64,000 nucleotides of DNA from Prochlorococcaceae cyanobacterium jk18x1bzbins.87 (GCA_022826535.1 JAJDUS010000043.1:10675-74674); one strand, 5' to 3'. Shown: positions 21,080-32,814, numbered from the stretch's first letter. Notes: generated by a model not told the origin, from the letters alone. Made by a program: numbers and translations.

Positions 21080-22513
21080 CTACGCCGCCATGGGAACAGT
21101 GGAACGTACCAAATCCGGCAACCGATTAATGGAGCCTGCCCCCATGGCCAGCACCAGATCACCGGGCCTGGTGTGGCGGTGAAACTCCTGCGCCAGGTGC
21201 TCCAGGTCGTTAAAGCAATGCACTGTGCCTCCGGCTTTGGCAATGGCTGTGGCCAGAGCCGCGTGGGTGACGCCAGCGATGGATGTTTCCCCAGCGCTAT
21301 AGATGGGGAGCAGCAGCACCGCATCCGCATCCGCCAAAGTCAGGGCAAATTTTTGAAGAAAGTCTTTGGTTCGGCTATAGCGGTGGGGCTGGAAGGCGAT
21401 CACCACCCGCTGAGGCACCAAGGGTAGGGCAGATTGATCATCCCCCACCATGCCTTGGGCCATGGCAAGTGTTGCGGCCACCTCACTGGGGTGGTGAGCA
21501 TAGTCATCCACCAAGAGCCGGCCGTCCACAACACCACGAAACTCGAACCGGCGACCAGGGGCGCGAATGGCTGCACAGGCCTTCTGCAGGGCAGGGAAGG
21601 GGATCCCCAGCTCCAGGGCTGTCGCCAGTGCTGCGGCCAAATTGGCCAGATTGTGGAAGCCCGCCAAGGGAAGGACGACGGGACCTAAACACTCGGAACC
21701 GGCATGGACAACAGCCTCACTGGCCTGACCAAAGCACCTGATGTCTGAGAAGCGGTAGTGGGCAGAGCTTGTGTCATCAAGGGACCATTGCCGTGTACCT
21801 GGAAGATGCTGGCTCAGGAGGGGGCAGTCCCCATTGGTGAGAAGGGCCTGGCAGTTGCCGCCAAACTGGGCCATGGTGTGGAGCAAGTGGTTGATATCGG
21901 TGTAGTGGTCTGTATGGTCCAGTTCAAGATTGGTGATGATCCCGATCCGTGGATGGAATTTCACGAGGGTGCCGTCGGACTCATCCCCCTCTGCAACTAC
22001 AACGTCGCTGCAACCATGGCGACCGTTGCTGCCGAACCAGGGCACCACTCCACCGATGACGACCGTGGGATCCAGGCCTGCTTCCATCAGGATGGTGCTG
22101 AGAATGGTGCTGGTGGTGGTTTTCCCATGGGCGCCAGCCACGACGACGGAATGGGAATGACTGGCCAGCAGGTCAGCCAGCAGGTCGGAGCGATGAATCA
22201 CCTTCATCTCCCCCGCCGCACGGATGGCCGCCAGTTCGGGATTGTCCGCTTTAATGGCAGAGCTAATCACCACCAGAGGAGGCAGTGGAGAATCCTTACG
22301 CAGGGCTTCAACCATCGTGGCATCTTGCTGGAGGGTGATCCTGGCGCCGGCATGACGCAGAGCATCGACAGACTTGAAGTGACAGATATCCGAACCACTG
22401 ACACGAAACCCACGGGCCATGAGGATTTCCGCAAGGGCTGACATACCGGCCCCGCCGATCCCGACAAAGTGAACAGGTCGCTGTGGATCAAGAGTGTGTG
22501 TCAATCGCCCCAT
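21080..22513 (-). CDS. murC: UDP-N-acetylmuramate--L-alanine ligase
   Basis: Motifs HFVGIGGAGMS, GAHGKTTT, EGDESDG, DDYAHHPSE, FQPHRYSRT. Confidence 0.97.
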   Translation of the reverse strand: MGRLTHTLDPQRPVHFVGIGGAGMSALAEILMARGFRVSGSDICHFKSVDALRHAGARITLQQDATMVEALRKDSPLPPLVVISSAIKADNPELAAIRAAGEMKVIHRSDLLADLLASHSHSVVVAGAHGKTTTSTILSTILMEAGLDPTVVIGGVVPWFGSNGRHGCSDVVVAEGDESDGTLVKFHPRIGIITNLELDHTDHYTDINHLLHTMAQFGGNCQALLTNGDCPLLSQHLPGTRQWSLDDTSSAHYRFSDIRCFGQASEAVVHAGSECLGPVVLPLAGFHNLANLAAALATALELGIPFPALQKACAAIRAPGRRFEFRGVVDGRLLVDDYAHHPSEVAATLAMAQGMVGDDQSALPLVPQRVVIAFQPHRYSRTKDFLQKFALTLADADAVLLLPIYSAGETSIAGVTHAALATAIAKAGGTVHCFNDLEHLAQEFHRHTRPGDLVLAMGAGSINRLPDLVRSTVPMAA

Positions 22514-22674
22514 CGCTGGAGCCCTCAAGGTAAGCGAAGACCATCCACCAATGCCAGTGATGTCCCCATGATTCAGGGGCAGCGGCGGCAGCGGCAGGGT
22601 GGTTGTCTGTCCCTGGGGGCCAGGGCCTTCTGTATGATCCACTGCCGAATCCACCTCCGCCGCCCCACCCGTTC

Positions 22675-23739
22675 ATGACACTGAAAGTTGCCATCAATGG
22701 CTTTGGCCGCATCGGCCGTAATTTCCTGCGTTGCTGGTTAAGTCGTGGGGACAAGACAGGTCTTGAGGTGGTTGGCATTAACGACACCTCCGATCCCAAG
22801 ACCAACGCCCACCTGCTGACTTACGATTCCATGCTGGGCCGCATCCGGGACGCGGAAATCTCTGCCGCAGAGGGGGCCATCGTCGTCAATGGCAGGACAA
22901 TCAAGTGCTATTCCGACCGCAACCCTTCAAACCTGCCCTGGGCAGAATGGGGTGTGGATCTGGTCATTGAATCCACCGGTGTTTTCGTCACCAAGGAAGC
23001 CGCTGAGAAGCACCTGGAGGCTGGCGCCAGGAAGGTGCTGATCACCGCACCCGGCAAGGGCAAAGGTGTGGGCACCTTCGTGGTTGGCGTCAATGACCAT
23101 GAGTACCGCCATGGGGACTACACCATCATTAGCAACGCCAGTTGCACCACCAACTGCATGGCCCCCCTTGTCAAGGTGTTGGATCAGCAGTTTGGCCTGA
23201 ATAAGGGTCTGATGACCACCATTCACAGCTATACAGGTGACCAGCGCATTCTTGATGCCAGCCATCGGGATCTGCGCCGTGCCCGGGCCGCAGCGATGAA
23301 CATTGTGCCCACATCCACTGGTGCGGCCAAGGCGGTGGCATTGGTGTATCCCGTCGTGAAGGGCAAGCTCAGCGGCATTGCCATGCGGGTGCCCACCCCC
23401 AATGTTTCCGTTGTGGACCTGGTCTTTGAGTCCTCCCGCCCCACGACAGCAGAAGACGTGAATGCCGCGGTGAAGGAGGCATCCCAAAACGGCATGGCAG
23501 GCATCATCAAGTACGGAGACTTACCTCTGGTCTCCAGTGACTACGCCGGCACAAGCGAGTCCGCCATCTTTGACGAGGCCCTGACTATGGCCATGGGGGA
23601 CAATATGGTCAAGGTGGTGGCCTGGTACGACAATGAGTGGGGCTATAGCCAGCGGGTGGTGGATCTGGCGGAGGTGGTGGCCAGGAAGTGGGAGCCTTCC
23701 CCCGCAGCAAGCCCCATGAGTCCTGGACTTACCGCCTAA
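22675..23739 (+). CDS. gap2: glyceraldehyde-3-phosphate dehydrogenase (NAD(P))
   Basis: Motifs [36 protein letters not shown]. Confidence 0.96.
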   Translation: MTLKVAINGFGRIGRNFLRCWLSRGDKTGLEVVGINDTSDPKTNAHLLTYDSMLGRIRDAEISAAEGAIVVNGRTIKCYSDRNPSNLPWAEWGVDLVIESTGVFVTKEAAEKHLEAGARKVLITAPGKGKGVGTFVVGVNDHEYRHGDYTIISNASCTTNCMAPLVKVLDQQFGLNKGLMTTIHSYTGDQRILDASHRDLRRARAAAMNIVPTSTGAAKAVALVYPVVKGKLSGIAMRVPTPNVSVVDLVFESSRPTTAEDVNAAVKEASQNGMAGIIKYGDLPLVSSDYAGTSESAIFDEALTMAMGDNMVKVVAWYDNEWGYSQRVVDLAEVVARKWEPSPAASPMSPGLTA

Positions 23740-24812
23740 CTGGTCCCCTTCTTTCCCGCCATGGAGGAGCCGGGATTGCCCTGGGTCTTGATCCCCGTCA
23801 CCATCATCGGGTCAACAAAATGGTCAAACGGCTCCCCTGGCGGGAAAGGACGCAACCCACCAGTCTGGGCATCCTTCAGCAGCAGGTGATCGTCGGCAGT
23901 TACCACGCCCACGTGGTGGAACTTCGGGCAGCGCTCCAGAAGGGCCTGGGCCCAGCAGGGCTCCAGGGCCAAAGCCAACTCGAAATCCTCCCCACCCCAG
24001 AGGCAGTGGCGCTCCCCCTCAGGAAGGTCCATCAGGGCCGCAGGGAGGGGAAGGCGATGGACATGGGCCCCCAAGCCCTGCTCCCTGCAGAGCAGGTGCA
24101 GGGCTTGGGCAAGGCCGTCACTGCTATCTGTTCCAGCAACGCGCCATGGGGTCCCAGGGGGCTGGGCGGCCCGGAGTTGTGGGGGAACATCCAAACGGGC
24201 CTGGGGATAGCGATGGGCTGCAATGGCCCCTGCCTGGAGGCTTCCTGACTTGGGGTTGATCCCACGGCGCATCAAAGACAGGCCATAGCCGCTGAGGCCG
24301 TGGGGACCACTGCAGACCAGCCAATCCCCCACTTCAGCCCCATGGCGATGGATGACATGGTCCTGGTCCACCGTTCCCAGGGCGGTCATGGCCAGGCTCA
24401 CCATGGGGCTTCCCACACAGTCACCCCCCAGCAGATGGCCCCCATGGCGGTCAAGGGCCTTGGCCATGCCCCCATAGACGGACTCCAGCCATGGCCAGGG
24501 GAGGGATCCCGGGCAACTCAGCCCCACTGTGACGCCCACCACCTCATCCGCTCCCATGGCGGCCAGATCGGAAAGGTTGGCCATCACAGCCCGCCAACCC
24601 ACACACTCAGGTGGGGTGGTGGCCTTTGAAAAGTGACGGTCCTCCACCAGCACATCACTGGTGACGACCCCACGGCGGTGCCCCGGCGTGGAGGGCACCA
24701 GGGCAGCATCATCAGCCAGTTGTCCCGGTGGGGCAAAGCGTTGCAGACGCCGGAGCAGCTCCCTCTCCCCCAACTCCGCCAACGAGGGGGAATGCACTTT
24801 ACCCATGGGCAT
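23736..24812 (-). CDS. thiL: thiamine-monophosphate kinase
   Basis: Motifs [33 protein letters not shown]. Confidence 0.95.
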   Translation of the reverse strand: MPMGKVHSPSLAELGERELLRRLQRFAPPGQLADDAALVPSTPGHRRGVVTSDVLVEDRHFSKATTPPECVGWRAVMANLSDLAAMGADEVVGVTVGLSCPGSLPWPWLESVYGGMAKALDRHGGHLLGGDCVGSPMVSLAMTALGTVDQDHVIHRHGAEVGDWLVCSGPHGLSGYGLSLMRRGINPKSGSLQAGAIAAHRYPQARLDVPPQLRAAQPPGTPWRVAGTDSSDGLAQALHLLCREQGLGAHVHRLPLPAALMDLPEGERHCLWGGEDFELALALEPCWAQALLERCPKFHHVGVVTADDHLLLKDAQTGGLRPFPPGEPFDHFVDPMMVTGIKTQGNPGSSMAGKKGTS

Positions 24813-25908
24813 GGAGGTTGTCGGCTCCGCTGATCACTGTGGCTTTAAGAATCCGATCCGTGGATGTCAATTCATTGAGCACATCCGCTCCCTCCACCAC
24901 ATAGCCAAAGGCGGCAAACCGTCCGTCAATCAGGTTCAGGCCCGCAGGAGTCAGCTCAGGCTCAAACAGGAAGAAGAAAAACTGGGACGACCCATCATCA
25001 ACTGCGGAGCTGGAATGGGCCCAGCCCATGGCGCCCCGTGCAGAGAAGGGCAGCACAGGTGTCTCCTTGAACAGTCCCAGATCTTCAAAGGTGAGGTTAT
25101 AGAAGGGCTCCTGCTCGCTGGCAATGCGGATTTCCAGGGGGACAGTGCGCAGTTGATGGGTCCGGGGATCCACAAATCCGTCAGCCTCACCCTCCGGATC
25201 ACCGGTCTGCAGCACATAGAATGCCTCAGCCCGGTTGAAGTCCAAGCCATCGTAGACCCCCCGCTGCGCCAGATCCACAAAGGCTCCAGCGGTCAAGGGG
25301 GCGTTGTAGCCATCCACCACTGTGAGCAGGTCGCCGGCCGTGGTGCGCAGCCGCACCTGGGCCCGCCCCAGCAGTCGGGGTAGAGCGTCGTACTCCTGGG
25401 GGATGGAGAAGGGGAACTCCTGCACCAAGTCTGCTTCCATGGCGCCAATCAGATCCAGAATCCGGGCGCGAACCGCTAAAAAGGCAGCGCGATCCTGTTG
25501 GGCTGTGGCCTGCTCCAGGCGGGGAAGCAGTTCCCTCAGCTGCGCAAGTTGCTCCTCAACGTCAACCCCATGTTGCTGGGCATTCGCCTGAATGGCGGCG
25601 GCCCCCTTGTCGAGAAGGCGTTGCAGGCGCCGCACCCGTTTTGTCAAGCGACTCCAACGCTTGGCCCGCAGATCGGTGCTGCTGGCCTCCATGGTGTGCT
25701 GGAGATCCCGCAACTGCTGCTGCTCCATGGGCAGCCCATCTCGCAGCAGGGCCCTGGGATCCGTGACGGGATCCCCTGCCGGCAGGGCCGCCGCGGCGGG
25801 CTGGGGAAGGGGGATCAGCAGGGCCAGCACCAGGACCAAAGACCAACACCCACGCCATAGGCGGTGCTGAAGCACTGGAAGACAAGGGATAAAGCTTGGA
25901 AAAGCCAT
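24799..25908 (-). CDS. cyclophilin-type peptidyl-prolyl isomerase (TLP40/CYP38-like)
   Basis: Signal peptide; motifs [30 protein letters not shown]. Confidence 0.92.
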   Translation of the reverse strand: MAFPSFIPCLPVLQHRLWRGCWSLVLVLALLIPLPQPAAAALPAGDPVTDPRALLRDGLPMEQQQLRDLQHTMEASSTDLRAKRWSRLTKRVRRLQRLLDKGAAAIQANAQQHGVDVEEQLAQLRELLPRLEQATAQQDRAAFLAVRARILDLIGAMEADLVQEFPFSIPQEYDALPRLLGRAQVRLRTTAGDLLTVVDGYNAPLTAGAFVDLAQRGVYDGLDFNRAEAFYVLQTGDPEGEADGFVDPRTHQLRTVPLEIRIASEQEPFYNLTFEDLGLFKETPVLPFSARGAMGWAHSSSAVDDGSSQFFFFLFEPELTPAGLNLIDGRFAAFGYVVEGADVLNELTSTDRILKATVISGADNLHAHG

Positions 25909-26015
25909 GGGATCTGGCCGCAGGGCCTGTCATGGGTCGCTTGCTGAGGAACTCTGCCACATGGAGCCCGAGCCGGGCGCCTCTTAGAATGCATGTGCTT
26001 CAAGACAGGCAGTGG

Positions 26016-26573
26016 ATGATTTCCAGCAATGACTTCCGTACGGGCACGAGCATTGAACTTGACGGCCAGGTCTGGCGTGTCGTTGAGTTTCTCCACGTCA
26101 AGCCTGGCAAGGGGTCGGCCTTTGTGCGCACCAAACTCAAGGCGGTTGTGTCTGGAAGTGTTGTGGAGAAAACATTCCGGGCCGGGGAGATGGTGCCCCA
26201 GGCGGTGCTGGACAAGTCCAGCTTTCAGCACACCTACAAGGAGGGGGAGAACTTCGTGTTCATGGATATGACCTCTTTTGAGGAAATGCGCCTCACTGCC
26301 CAGCAGATTGGCAGTCAGTGCAAGTACCTGAAGGAGGGAATGGATGTCAACATTTTGTCTTGGAACGGGAAACCACTGGAGGTGGAATTGCCCAATACCG
26401 TGGTCCTTGAGGTGGTCCAAACGGATCCTGGCATCAAGGGGGACACCGCCGCCGGTGGCGCCAAGCCCGCTGTCCTGGAAACAGGGGCCCAGGTGAACGT
26501 GCCCCTGTTTATCAGCACCGGTGAGCGGATCAAAATTGATACCCGCAACGACACCTATCTGAGCAGGGAGTAA
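26016..26573 (+). CDS. efp: elongation factor P
   Basis: Motifs [31 protein letters not shown]. Confidence 0.98.
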   Translation: MISSNDFRTGTSIELDGQVWRVVEFLHVKPGKGSAFVRTKLKAVVSGSVVEKTFRAGEMVPQAVLDKSSFQHTYKEGENFVFMDMTSFEEMRLTAQQIGSQCKYLKEGMDVNILSWNGKPLEVELPNTVVLEVVQTDPGIKGDTAAGGAKPAVLETGAQVNVPLFISTGERIKIDTRNDTYLSRE

Positions 26574-26622
26574 CGCCCTTGATGGCCCATCTTCTTTCCC
26601 CCTTCACCCCCTCCCATTGATC

Positions 26623-27069
26623 GTGCAGCTTGATCACAATCAACTCAAGGATCTCCTCACACTACTTGGCGGCAGCGACATTCAGGAGTTTATCCTGGAA
26701 GGCAAGGATTTTCGCCTGGAACTGCGGCGTTACCGAAGCGACCAGCCCGCTGCAGTTCCTGCGGCTCCCCCTGTCGCTTCTGTTGCCCCACCGGTCCCGA
26801 GAACAAGCCCGCCCCCTGGTCACTCAGACATGATTGAGGTGCGTGCCCCCATGGTGGGCACCTTTTATCGTGCGCCGTCTCCAGAGGAGCCCCCTTTCGT
26901 GAAGGTGGGCGACAGGATTCAGGTGGGGCAAACCCTTTGCATCCTGGAAGCCATGAAGCTGATGAATGAAATTGAGGCGGAGATCTCCGGTGAGGTGGCG
27001 GAAGTCCTGGTGGAAAATGGCGCGCCTGTGGAATTTGACCAGCCCTTGATCCGCATCAAGCCCCTGTGA
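26623..27069 (+). CDS. accB: acetyl-CoA carboxylase biotin carboxyl carrier protein
   Basis: APMVGTFY, biotinylation motif EAMKLMNE. Confidence 0.97.
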   Translation: MQLDHNQLKDLLTLLGGSDIQEFILEGKDFRLELRRYRSDQPAAVPAAPPVASVAPPVPRTSPPPGHSDMIEVRAPMVGTFYRAPSPEEPPFVKVGDRIQVGQTLCILEAMKLMNEIEAEISGEVAEVLVENGAPVEFDQPLIRIKPL

Positions 27070-27078
27070 AGGGGACGA

Positions 27079-28095
27079 TTACCCCGGCGGTGTTTGCTGC
27101 AGTGGCTTCAACTCGGCCGCAGCCAGCAGGGCGGCCACCATGCTTCCCTCCCGGGCCAGTCCTTGCCCCGCCAGGGAAAACGCTGTGCCGTGGTCCGGTG
27201 AGGTGCGGATGAACGGCAGCCCCAGCGTGGTGTTGACCGCATCATCAAAGGCAATCAGCTTGGTGGGGATTAGTCCCTGGTCGTGGTAGAGGGCCAGGTA
27301 GCCATCAGCAGCGGGGCCGTGACCCCGCCAGGCCAGGCCCGCATCCAGCCAACAGGTATCCGGGGGCTCAGGACCCAGAACCGTGCAGTGGGGGTGCAGG
27401 GCCTGCCAGTCCTGTAGGCAGGGCTCCAGCCAATCACACTCCTCGCAACCCAGATGGCCGGCTTCCCCCGCATGGGGATTGAGGCCCGCAACCTTGAGAA
27501 CCGGTTGGGCCCGGTATTGGCGACAAAAACGGTGCAGCACGGTGAGTTGACGCTGCACCAAATCTGGAGACAGTTTCCAGACCACCTGCTGGAGGGGAAT
27601 ATGGGTTGTGGCCAGGAGGGTGTTGAGCCGCCAGTCCTTGTGGGGCGAGCGGGCTGTGAACAACATGGACACCTTGACGCCCCCTGCCAGTTGGGCCAAG
27701 CGTTCGGTTTGCCCCGGATAAACATGACCAGCGGCCTGCCAGCAACGCTTGGCAATGGGTGCAGTGGTGAGGGCCTGACAGTGCCCCGCCAGCACCGCAC
27801 GACAGGCAGTCGTCAACCAGGCGAAACTGGCGGCCCCGCCAACTACCGTGGCCTGGCCCCAGTGAACCGGTTCCGCCAAAGGCACATCCACCAGGTGCAA
27901 ATCCCGGGGATCCGCCACCAACTGTCCCCGTTGCCGCAGCTCGTGGTACTGCTCCAGGAGCCAGTGGCGGCAGCCAAACAGCACAGGCTCCACCACCTGC
28001 TGAACCCGGCGGTGGGCCAAAGCCTTCAACACCACCTCTGCCCCAATGCCAGCGGGATCCCCCAAGGCAATGGCAATCCGCCGCGGTTGATCCAT
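27079..28095 (-). CDS. pdxA: 4-hydroxythreonine-4-phosphate dehydrogenase
   Basis: Motifs GDPAGIG, TAPIAK, LNPHAGE, YHDQG, RTSPDHGTA. Confidence 0.96.
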   Translation of the reverse strand: MDQPRRIAIALGDPAGIGAEVVLKALAHRRVQQVVEPVLFGCRHWLLEQYHELRQRGQLVADPRDLHLVDVPLAEPVHWGQATVVGGAASFAWLTTACRAVLAGHCQALTTAPIAKRCWQAAGHVYPGQTERLAQLAGGVKVSMLFTARSPHKDWRLNTLLATTHIPLQQVVWKLSPDLVQRQLTVLHRFCRQYRAQPVLKVAGLNPHAGEAGHLGCEECDWLEPCLQDWQALHPHCTVLGPEPPDTCWLDAGLAWRGHGPAADGYLALYHDQGLIPTKLIAFDDAVNTTLGLPFIRTSPDHGTAFSLAGQGLAREGSMVAALLAAAELKPLQQTPPG

Positions 28096-28556
28096 GGGAG
28101 GGAATCTAGCGTGGGTTGCCAGCCAGCCACAGCGCAGTGCTGTTGCACGTTTTAAGATGCATACTGGCTGCAGCCAGCGTCTTCCGGCATGGCAGTTGTG
28201 TCTCGAAGTTGATAGAAATTGAAGGGGTGTGAGTTGAGGAATTGTTACGATTTCAATGTGTCTTGCATCTTGCCCAGGAGCAATGGGACCCGCGGGGACA
28301 CGGAAGAGGGGTTTTGGAGCTTCACCCTGCCTGACGACAAACAACAAAAGTCAACCCGGCCCCAAGCACACACCCAGCCCGTGGCCAATGGGGGAACCGG
28401 CAAACTGAGGGCAATCACCAGTTCCCGATACCGTGGCCAAGGCGAAAATCACGAGATGGGCAGATCCCCCTAGCCAGGCCGGGACGCCGGATGGACAGCC
28501 CCCTGCCCCATGTCAAGATGGGTATTGGTCGGGGTTTTTCTGTGATCCGTGGGTCC

Positions 28557-29198
28557 ATGCAACACATTCTCATCAGCGCTGGTGTCTGCTTGTCCTGCCT
28601 TTTGGTGGCTCTGGTGAGTCAGTGGCTGGCCCCGGAGCCATCCGGTGCTCAGCCATTGGCAACGGACCAGCCTGTGGCGGCAAGCCCACCGGCCCCAGCC
28701 ACCATCCCATCAACCCCCCGCTGGGAACTGGACCCTGACGATCCCAATCCCACCCTGTTTGCCATGGCTAACGATGTTGGCACCACGGATGGCGCTGCAG
28801 TTGCCCAGGCCACAGACAATCCTCAACCCCAAGACACGCCCCAGGATGATCCACCCATGACCATCACCCCATCAGGCCTGAAAATAATTGATGTGCAGAT
28901 TGGCACAGGCCGTGAAGCTGTTGCCAATACAAACGTGACTGTCCATTATGATGGCCGCCTGGAGGACGGCAAGGAATTTGATAGCAGTCGCCGCCGTGGT
29001 CAGCCCTTCCAGTTCAGATTGGGTGCTGGCCAGGTGATTAAAGGCTGGGATGAAGGCGTGGCTGGCATGAAAGAGGGGGGCAAACGACAATTGGTGATCC
29101 CCCCGGAATTGGGCTATGGCCAGCAAGGGGCCGGTGGTGTCATTCCCCCCAATGCCACACTGGTGTTTGATGTGGAGTTGCTCAGGGTGGGGAGTTAA
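28557..29198 (+). CDS. FKBP-type peptidyl-prolyl isomerase
   Basis: Motifs [21 protein letters not shown]...[13 protein letters not shown]. Confidence 0.95.
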   Translation: MQHILISAGVCLSCLLVALVSQWLAPEPSGAQPLATDQPVAASPPAPATIPSTPRWELDPDDPNPTLFAMANDVGTTDGAAVAQATDNPQPQDTPQDDPPMTITPSGLKIIDVQIGTGREAVANTNVTVHYDGRLEDGKEFDSSRRRGQPFQFRLGAGQVIKGWDEGVAGMKEGGKRQLVIPPELGYGQQGAGGVIPPNATLVFDVELLRVGS

Positions 29199-29229
29199 AC
29201 CTTCTGCTCAACCAGAGATTCACCGGGCA

Positions 29230-29550
29230 GGCACGCCATTCCCTGGCCAGGCTCAGCGGTGGCGGCAGGGTAATCCTGTCATCATCGGTGATGGTGATGG
29301 TGTGCTCCCCTGGGCTTCCACCGTGTAACCATTGGCAGCAGTCAAGTTGAGCACGATGGTCTCACTGTCATCATCCATCTGATCGTCCAGGATGGTGATG
29401 GAATGGTTCCCGCTCCACCCGTCATGGATACCGTATCAGGGTGCGGGGTGAGATGTCCTTACCCATGGTGGCCGCATCGCCCATAGGGTAGGAGAGGCGT
29501 GATCGCAGTGAAGACAGGGGCGGCACTCTCAGGGCCACATTGACCGTGCG
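29230..29550 (-). pseudogene. Calx-beta-like surface-protein remnant (distal part)
   Basis: Broken frames read RTVNVAL..., SITILDDQMDDDSETIVLNLTAANGYTV, HTITITDDD. Confidence 0.6.
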
Positions 29551-29589
29551 AATGCATCGGGGCACTGCTCCACACACAGGGAATCCCCC

Positions 29590-29997
29590 ATGAAAGCACT
29601 TCTTGCCACCCTGGCCTTGGTCCCCCTTTTAGCGCCCTCCAGTCCTGTTTTAGCTGAAGACCCTCGTTTTGATCGTTTAGATGCGGGGGAGATAGTGATT
29701 GACTTTGGGGAAATAAGCCAAGAAGAACGTATGGTCCTAGAAGAACTTAAGCACATTGGTGGTATCCCAAGAGTCATCGCTGCTCGTTGCCAAAGGGCTG
29801 ATGGGACGCATTATGGGACGGCAGGCATTTGCCGCAAGGGTAGAGAGGTTCAGACTACGCCCTCCTTTATTCCTTGCCGAAGGGCTGATAGGAAGTATTA
29901 TGGCGTTTGCCGCCAGACTACGCCTAAGCCAGAGGCTCAGACTACGCCCCCCTTCAAGCCATTAAGAGGTTGGTTGAAAGGGATACAAATATACTAA
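29590..29997 (+). CDS. hypothetical secreted protein with a Cys-containing internal repeat
   Basis: ATG start, signal peptide (MKALLATLALVPLLAPSSPVLA), two CxRADxxxYG...CR units, three QTTP motifs. Lower GC than flanks. Confidence 0.7.
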   Translation: MKALLATLALVPLLAPSSPVLAEDPRFDRLDAGEIVIDFGEISQEERMVLEELKHIGGIPRVIAARCQRADGTHYGTAGICRKGREVQTTPSFIPCRRADRKYYGVCRQTTPKPEAQTTPPFKPLRGWLKGIQIY

Positions 29998-30113
29998 TTG
30001 GCGGGTCTTCAAGACCGAGAAATAGGGGCCAAGGTCCACACTGTTGCCCAACCATCCGGGGTCCCATTGCCCTTCTATCAGGCCGTAGGCACACTCCCCA
30101 GAAGGGCTATCTA

Positions 30114-30575
30114 CTGCCGGAGGCCCTGCCGCCACTGTAGGCGGCAGGGCCGAACTCCACTGCTGGCATGGCAGGTGGTGTAGCGCCATCATCATCCACC
30201 ACCGTGACAGTGACAGTGGAGACGGGAATATTGACTTGGGATCAGTTGAGGGGGCGCTGTGGCTGATGGTGGCGCGGGGGGTGCCACTCTGCTCCACATT
30301 ATCGTCCACACCGGCGCTGTCACCCTTTGGGCAGTGCTCCAGTTGGATCGGGTGAAAGTCAAGGTGGCGGTGCTCACCGTGGCTGCTCCCGCATCGCTGG
30401 ATTCCACTTGGATCTCAACACGCCCTGATGGCTGAACAGCCACACTGCGGAATACGCAGTGTGGCCAACCCAGACTTCCCAGTCTTCATAAGGCTTTCAA
30501 GGGAGACCAAAACCCCATTGGACAAATGTTGGACCTGGCAGGACTCCCCACATCCGGTTTGGGTTGAGGGTCCCC
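30114..30575 (-). pseudogene. cadherin/Calx-beta-like repeat surface-protein remnant (proximal part)
   Basis: Broken frames read VESSDAGAATVSTATLTFTRSNWSTAQRVT, VDDNVEQ...ISHS, VTVVDDDG...VEFGPAAYSGG. Confidence 0.6.
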
Positions 30576-30577
30576 TA

Positions 30578-32087
30578 AGGTCAGGACTCATCACCAGAAG
30601 AGGCCAATGGCGGCCAGGAGGATGGCAGGACGGAAGATGTGGGTGCAGCGGTCGTAGCGGGTTGCAATGGGCCGCCAGTTCTTCTGTCGGGAAAAGAGAG
30701 TCTCGATTTTGTGACCCTTGCCATCCAGCCTCTTGCTGTAATGCACCGTGAGTTATTGGCACGGAAAAGTCCCCTGTTAAGGGGGCGGGAGGGGGTTAGA
30801 GTGAGTCGTCGTCATTTACAGTGCGGGCATAGTTGACCAGTTCTTCTGCATCAACCGGCGGCACCCCTTCACCAAGAGCTGCCAGAAGGAGAGCGATTAG
30901 CTTCTTCTGACCTGAGGATTTCTTCTTCAAGTCATCGAGATCCTCTCCTTGGCCAGCGTATGTCTCTTGCAGGGCAGCGAGCACCCCTGTAAGTGGGCAG
31001 TCGCTTTGTCTTGGTCGGCAATCGTCGCCCTTGAGGCAATAATCACCTCCCTCTGCTCTGCAAGTAACCTCTCCTGGCGAGTAAGTGCCACCTCCTGACG
31101 AAGAGGTGATCTTGGCCTGGAATTCAGTTGCCCCTTGAGATCAGCAATCAGCTTCTCCTGTTCGGCCATAACCTCCCTGTAGTCGCTGGTTGTCTCGTCC
31201 AGATTGACAATTTTCTCCTTTAACTCGGTGATTGTTTTGTCTCGGTCGTTGATCGTTCCGTTTAGGAGTTTGATCGTTTCGGCTTGCTCAGCGATCTGAG
31301 CATCCTGGAAATCAAGAGTCCGCCTGTAATCGGCAAGAACTTCCTTGTAGAAGGGAGTCCTTCTCACGACAAACGACACAGCAGACAAAAAACAGTTTTT
31401 CATGGAGTTACTCCGGTTTCTTGCGGCAGCGACGGGGCGGGATGGAAGGCGAGATGCCCTGCCAGGCCAGCATCTTACGGATTTTGTCCCTGTCATACCC
31501 TTTATCCTCCATCACCGTTGCCGCAGGCGGCAGGTCCTTGCGCAACACATCAGCACCAGTGAAGTCACTGCATTGCCCCTTCTCAGGCAGAGCCGCAGGG
31601 GACCACCTTTGCTGTGGCAGACCCATGGAGCTTGCTGGTCATACCTCCCTTGGAACGACCAATCAGGCGGGGGCACCCCCCTTTGTTGAGGCTGGACGCC
31701 GTGGGATGGGCTTTGAAGTTAGTGGCGTTAATCATCAGGGCCTCTGGCTCTGCGGCATCGGATGCCAACAACTCAGAAAAGATCAGATCAAAAACACCTT
31801 TGTCTCACCAGCGGCGGCAACGGTTGCAGAGGGTTTTGTGGGAGCCATCGGCCGCCAGAGCATCCACCCAGCGCAGTCCCTTCTGAATGACAGGGATGAT
31901 GCCGCTCAACACCTTCCTGTCATCCACCCGCTTCGCACCACGTTCCTTGGGAAACAAGGGGCGGATGCGGGCCACCTGCTCCGCGCTGAGCCCAAACAAC
32001 TGGGCCATCACCCATCTCCTCCTGGTGCTCTCTTGGGGGCTCCCTCTCTGGTGAGAGGATCGTTCCTCACATTGTGAGTCCTGACCC
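30578..32087 (-). mobile_element. IS5-family IS427-group element, degenerate, interrupted by a 664-bp cassette
   Basis: Ends AGGTCAGGACTCATCA / TGAGTCCTGACCC flanked by TA. Transposase fragments LFPKERG..VDDRKVLSGI, GGMTSKLH, DKGYD, RYDR. Confidence 0.85.
30796..31403 (-). pseudogene. coiled-coil hypothetical protein (~200 aa), single frameshift near 30985
   Basis: ATG 31403 with GGAG upstream; heptad-rich. Restoring one G in CAGGGG joins it to the 30796..30984 frame. Confidence 0.6.
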
Positions 32088-32701
32088 TAGGGGGGACGGA
32101 GCACCCAGCCTCAAGAATTGTTTATTTGTATCACATAAGTCTTGTTTTCAGACCCATGACAAGCCTCGTATGAGAATGGCAGGATGGCATTCCCCATCGA
32201 GGGGAGGTATCCACGCCGCAAATTGCCCAGGAAGCCTGCTGACTCTCTCATCCCATATGAGCCCTATTCATAGACTTGAAATGAGTCTTTTATGGGACTA
32301 ATGAGACAATGGATACATCAATGGAGGCGCTGCCTTGCTCCAGGCCGAGGAACCTGCTGGAGCAGAACGGTACTGCCATGGGCTGGTTCTTTGGCTGCAA
32401 GCTCCATCTGCCCATTAACCACCAGGGCCAGATCATGACCTTCAAGATCACAGGGGGCAAGACGGATGACCGCCAACCGTTGAAGTCCATGACCGCTGCT
32501 CTACGGGCAAGATATTTGGCGATAGGGGATCCATTACCAAGTCCCTCATGCAACGCCGATGGCAGGGGGTTCTCCATCTGCTCACTGGTACTGGCCGCAC
32601 CATGAAGAACCACATCTTCCCCCTGCTGGAGAAACTGCTGCTGAGAAAACGATCCAGCATCAAACCCTTCTTTGCTAAGTTGAAGTCAAGGATGGAGCTA
32701 G

Positions 32702-32811
32702 GGAACTTCTGAACAAGTCCCCTTGAGACCCTGAGAGCTTTGGGGAAGCCCAGTAGAGACAGGGGAAGCAGGAGCCTGATGGCGGACGACTCTGGCTTGT
32801 TCAGAGGTTTC
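32702..32811. mobile_element. 110-bp MITE with IS5-subgroup TIRs
   Basis: GGAACTTCTGAACAAG...CTTGTTCAGAGGTTTC with CTAG target duplication (32698-32701, 32812-32815). Confidence 0.85.
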
Positions 32812-32814
32812 CTA

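Noticed and set aside
28219-28473. 84-aa ORF between pdxA and the FKBP gene
   Set aside because: TTG start, no motif and no supporting codon pattern; cannot be supported.
29998-30110. Transposase fragment KVHTVAQPSGVPLPF in the cassette tail
   Set aside because: Too short and degenerate to assign without a search.
30749-30800. Integron attC site after the coiled-coil cassette (several TAAC motifs)
   Set aside because: There is no matching GTTRRRY R' box at a suitable distance, and no integrase in the window.
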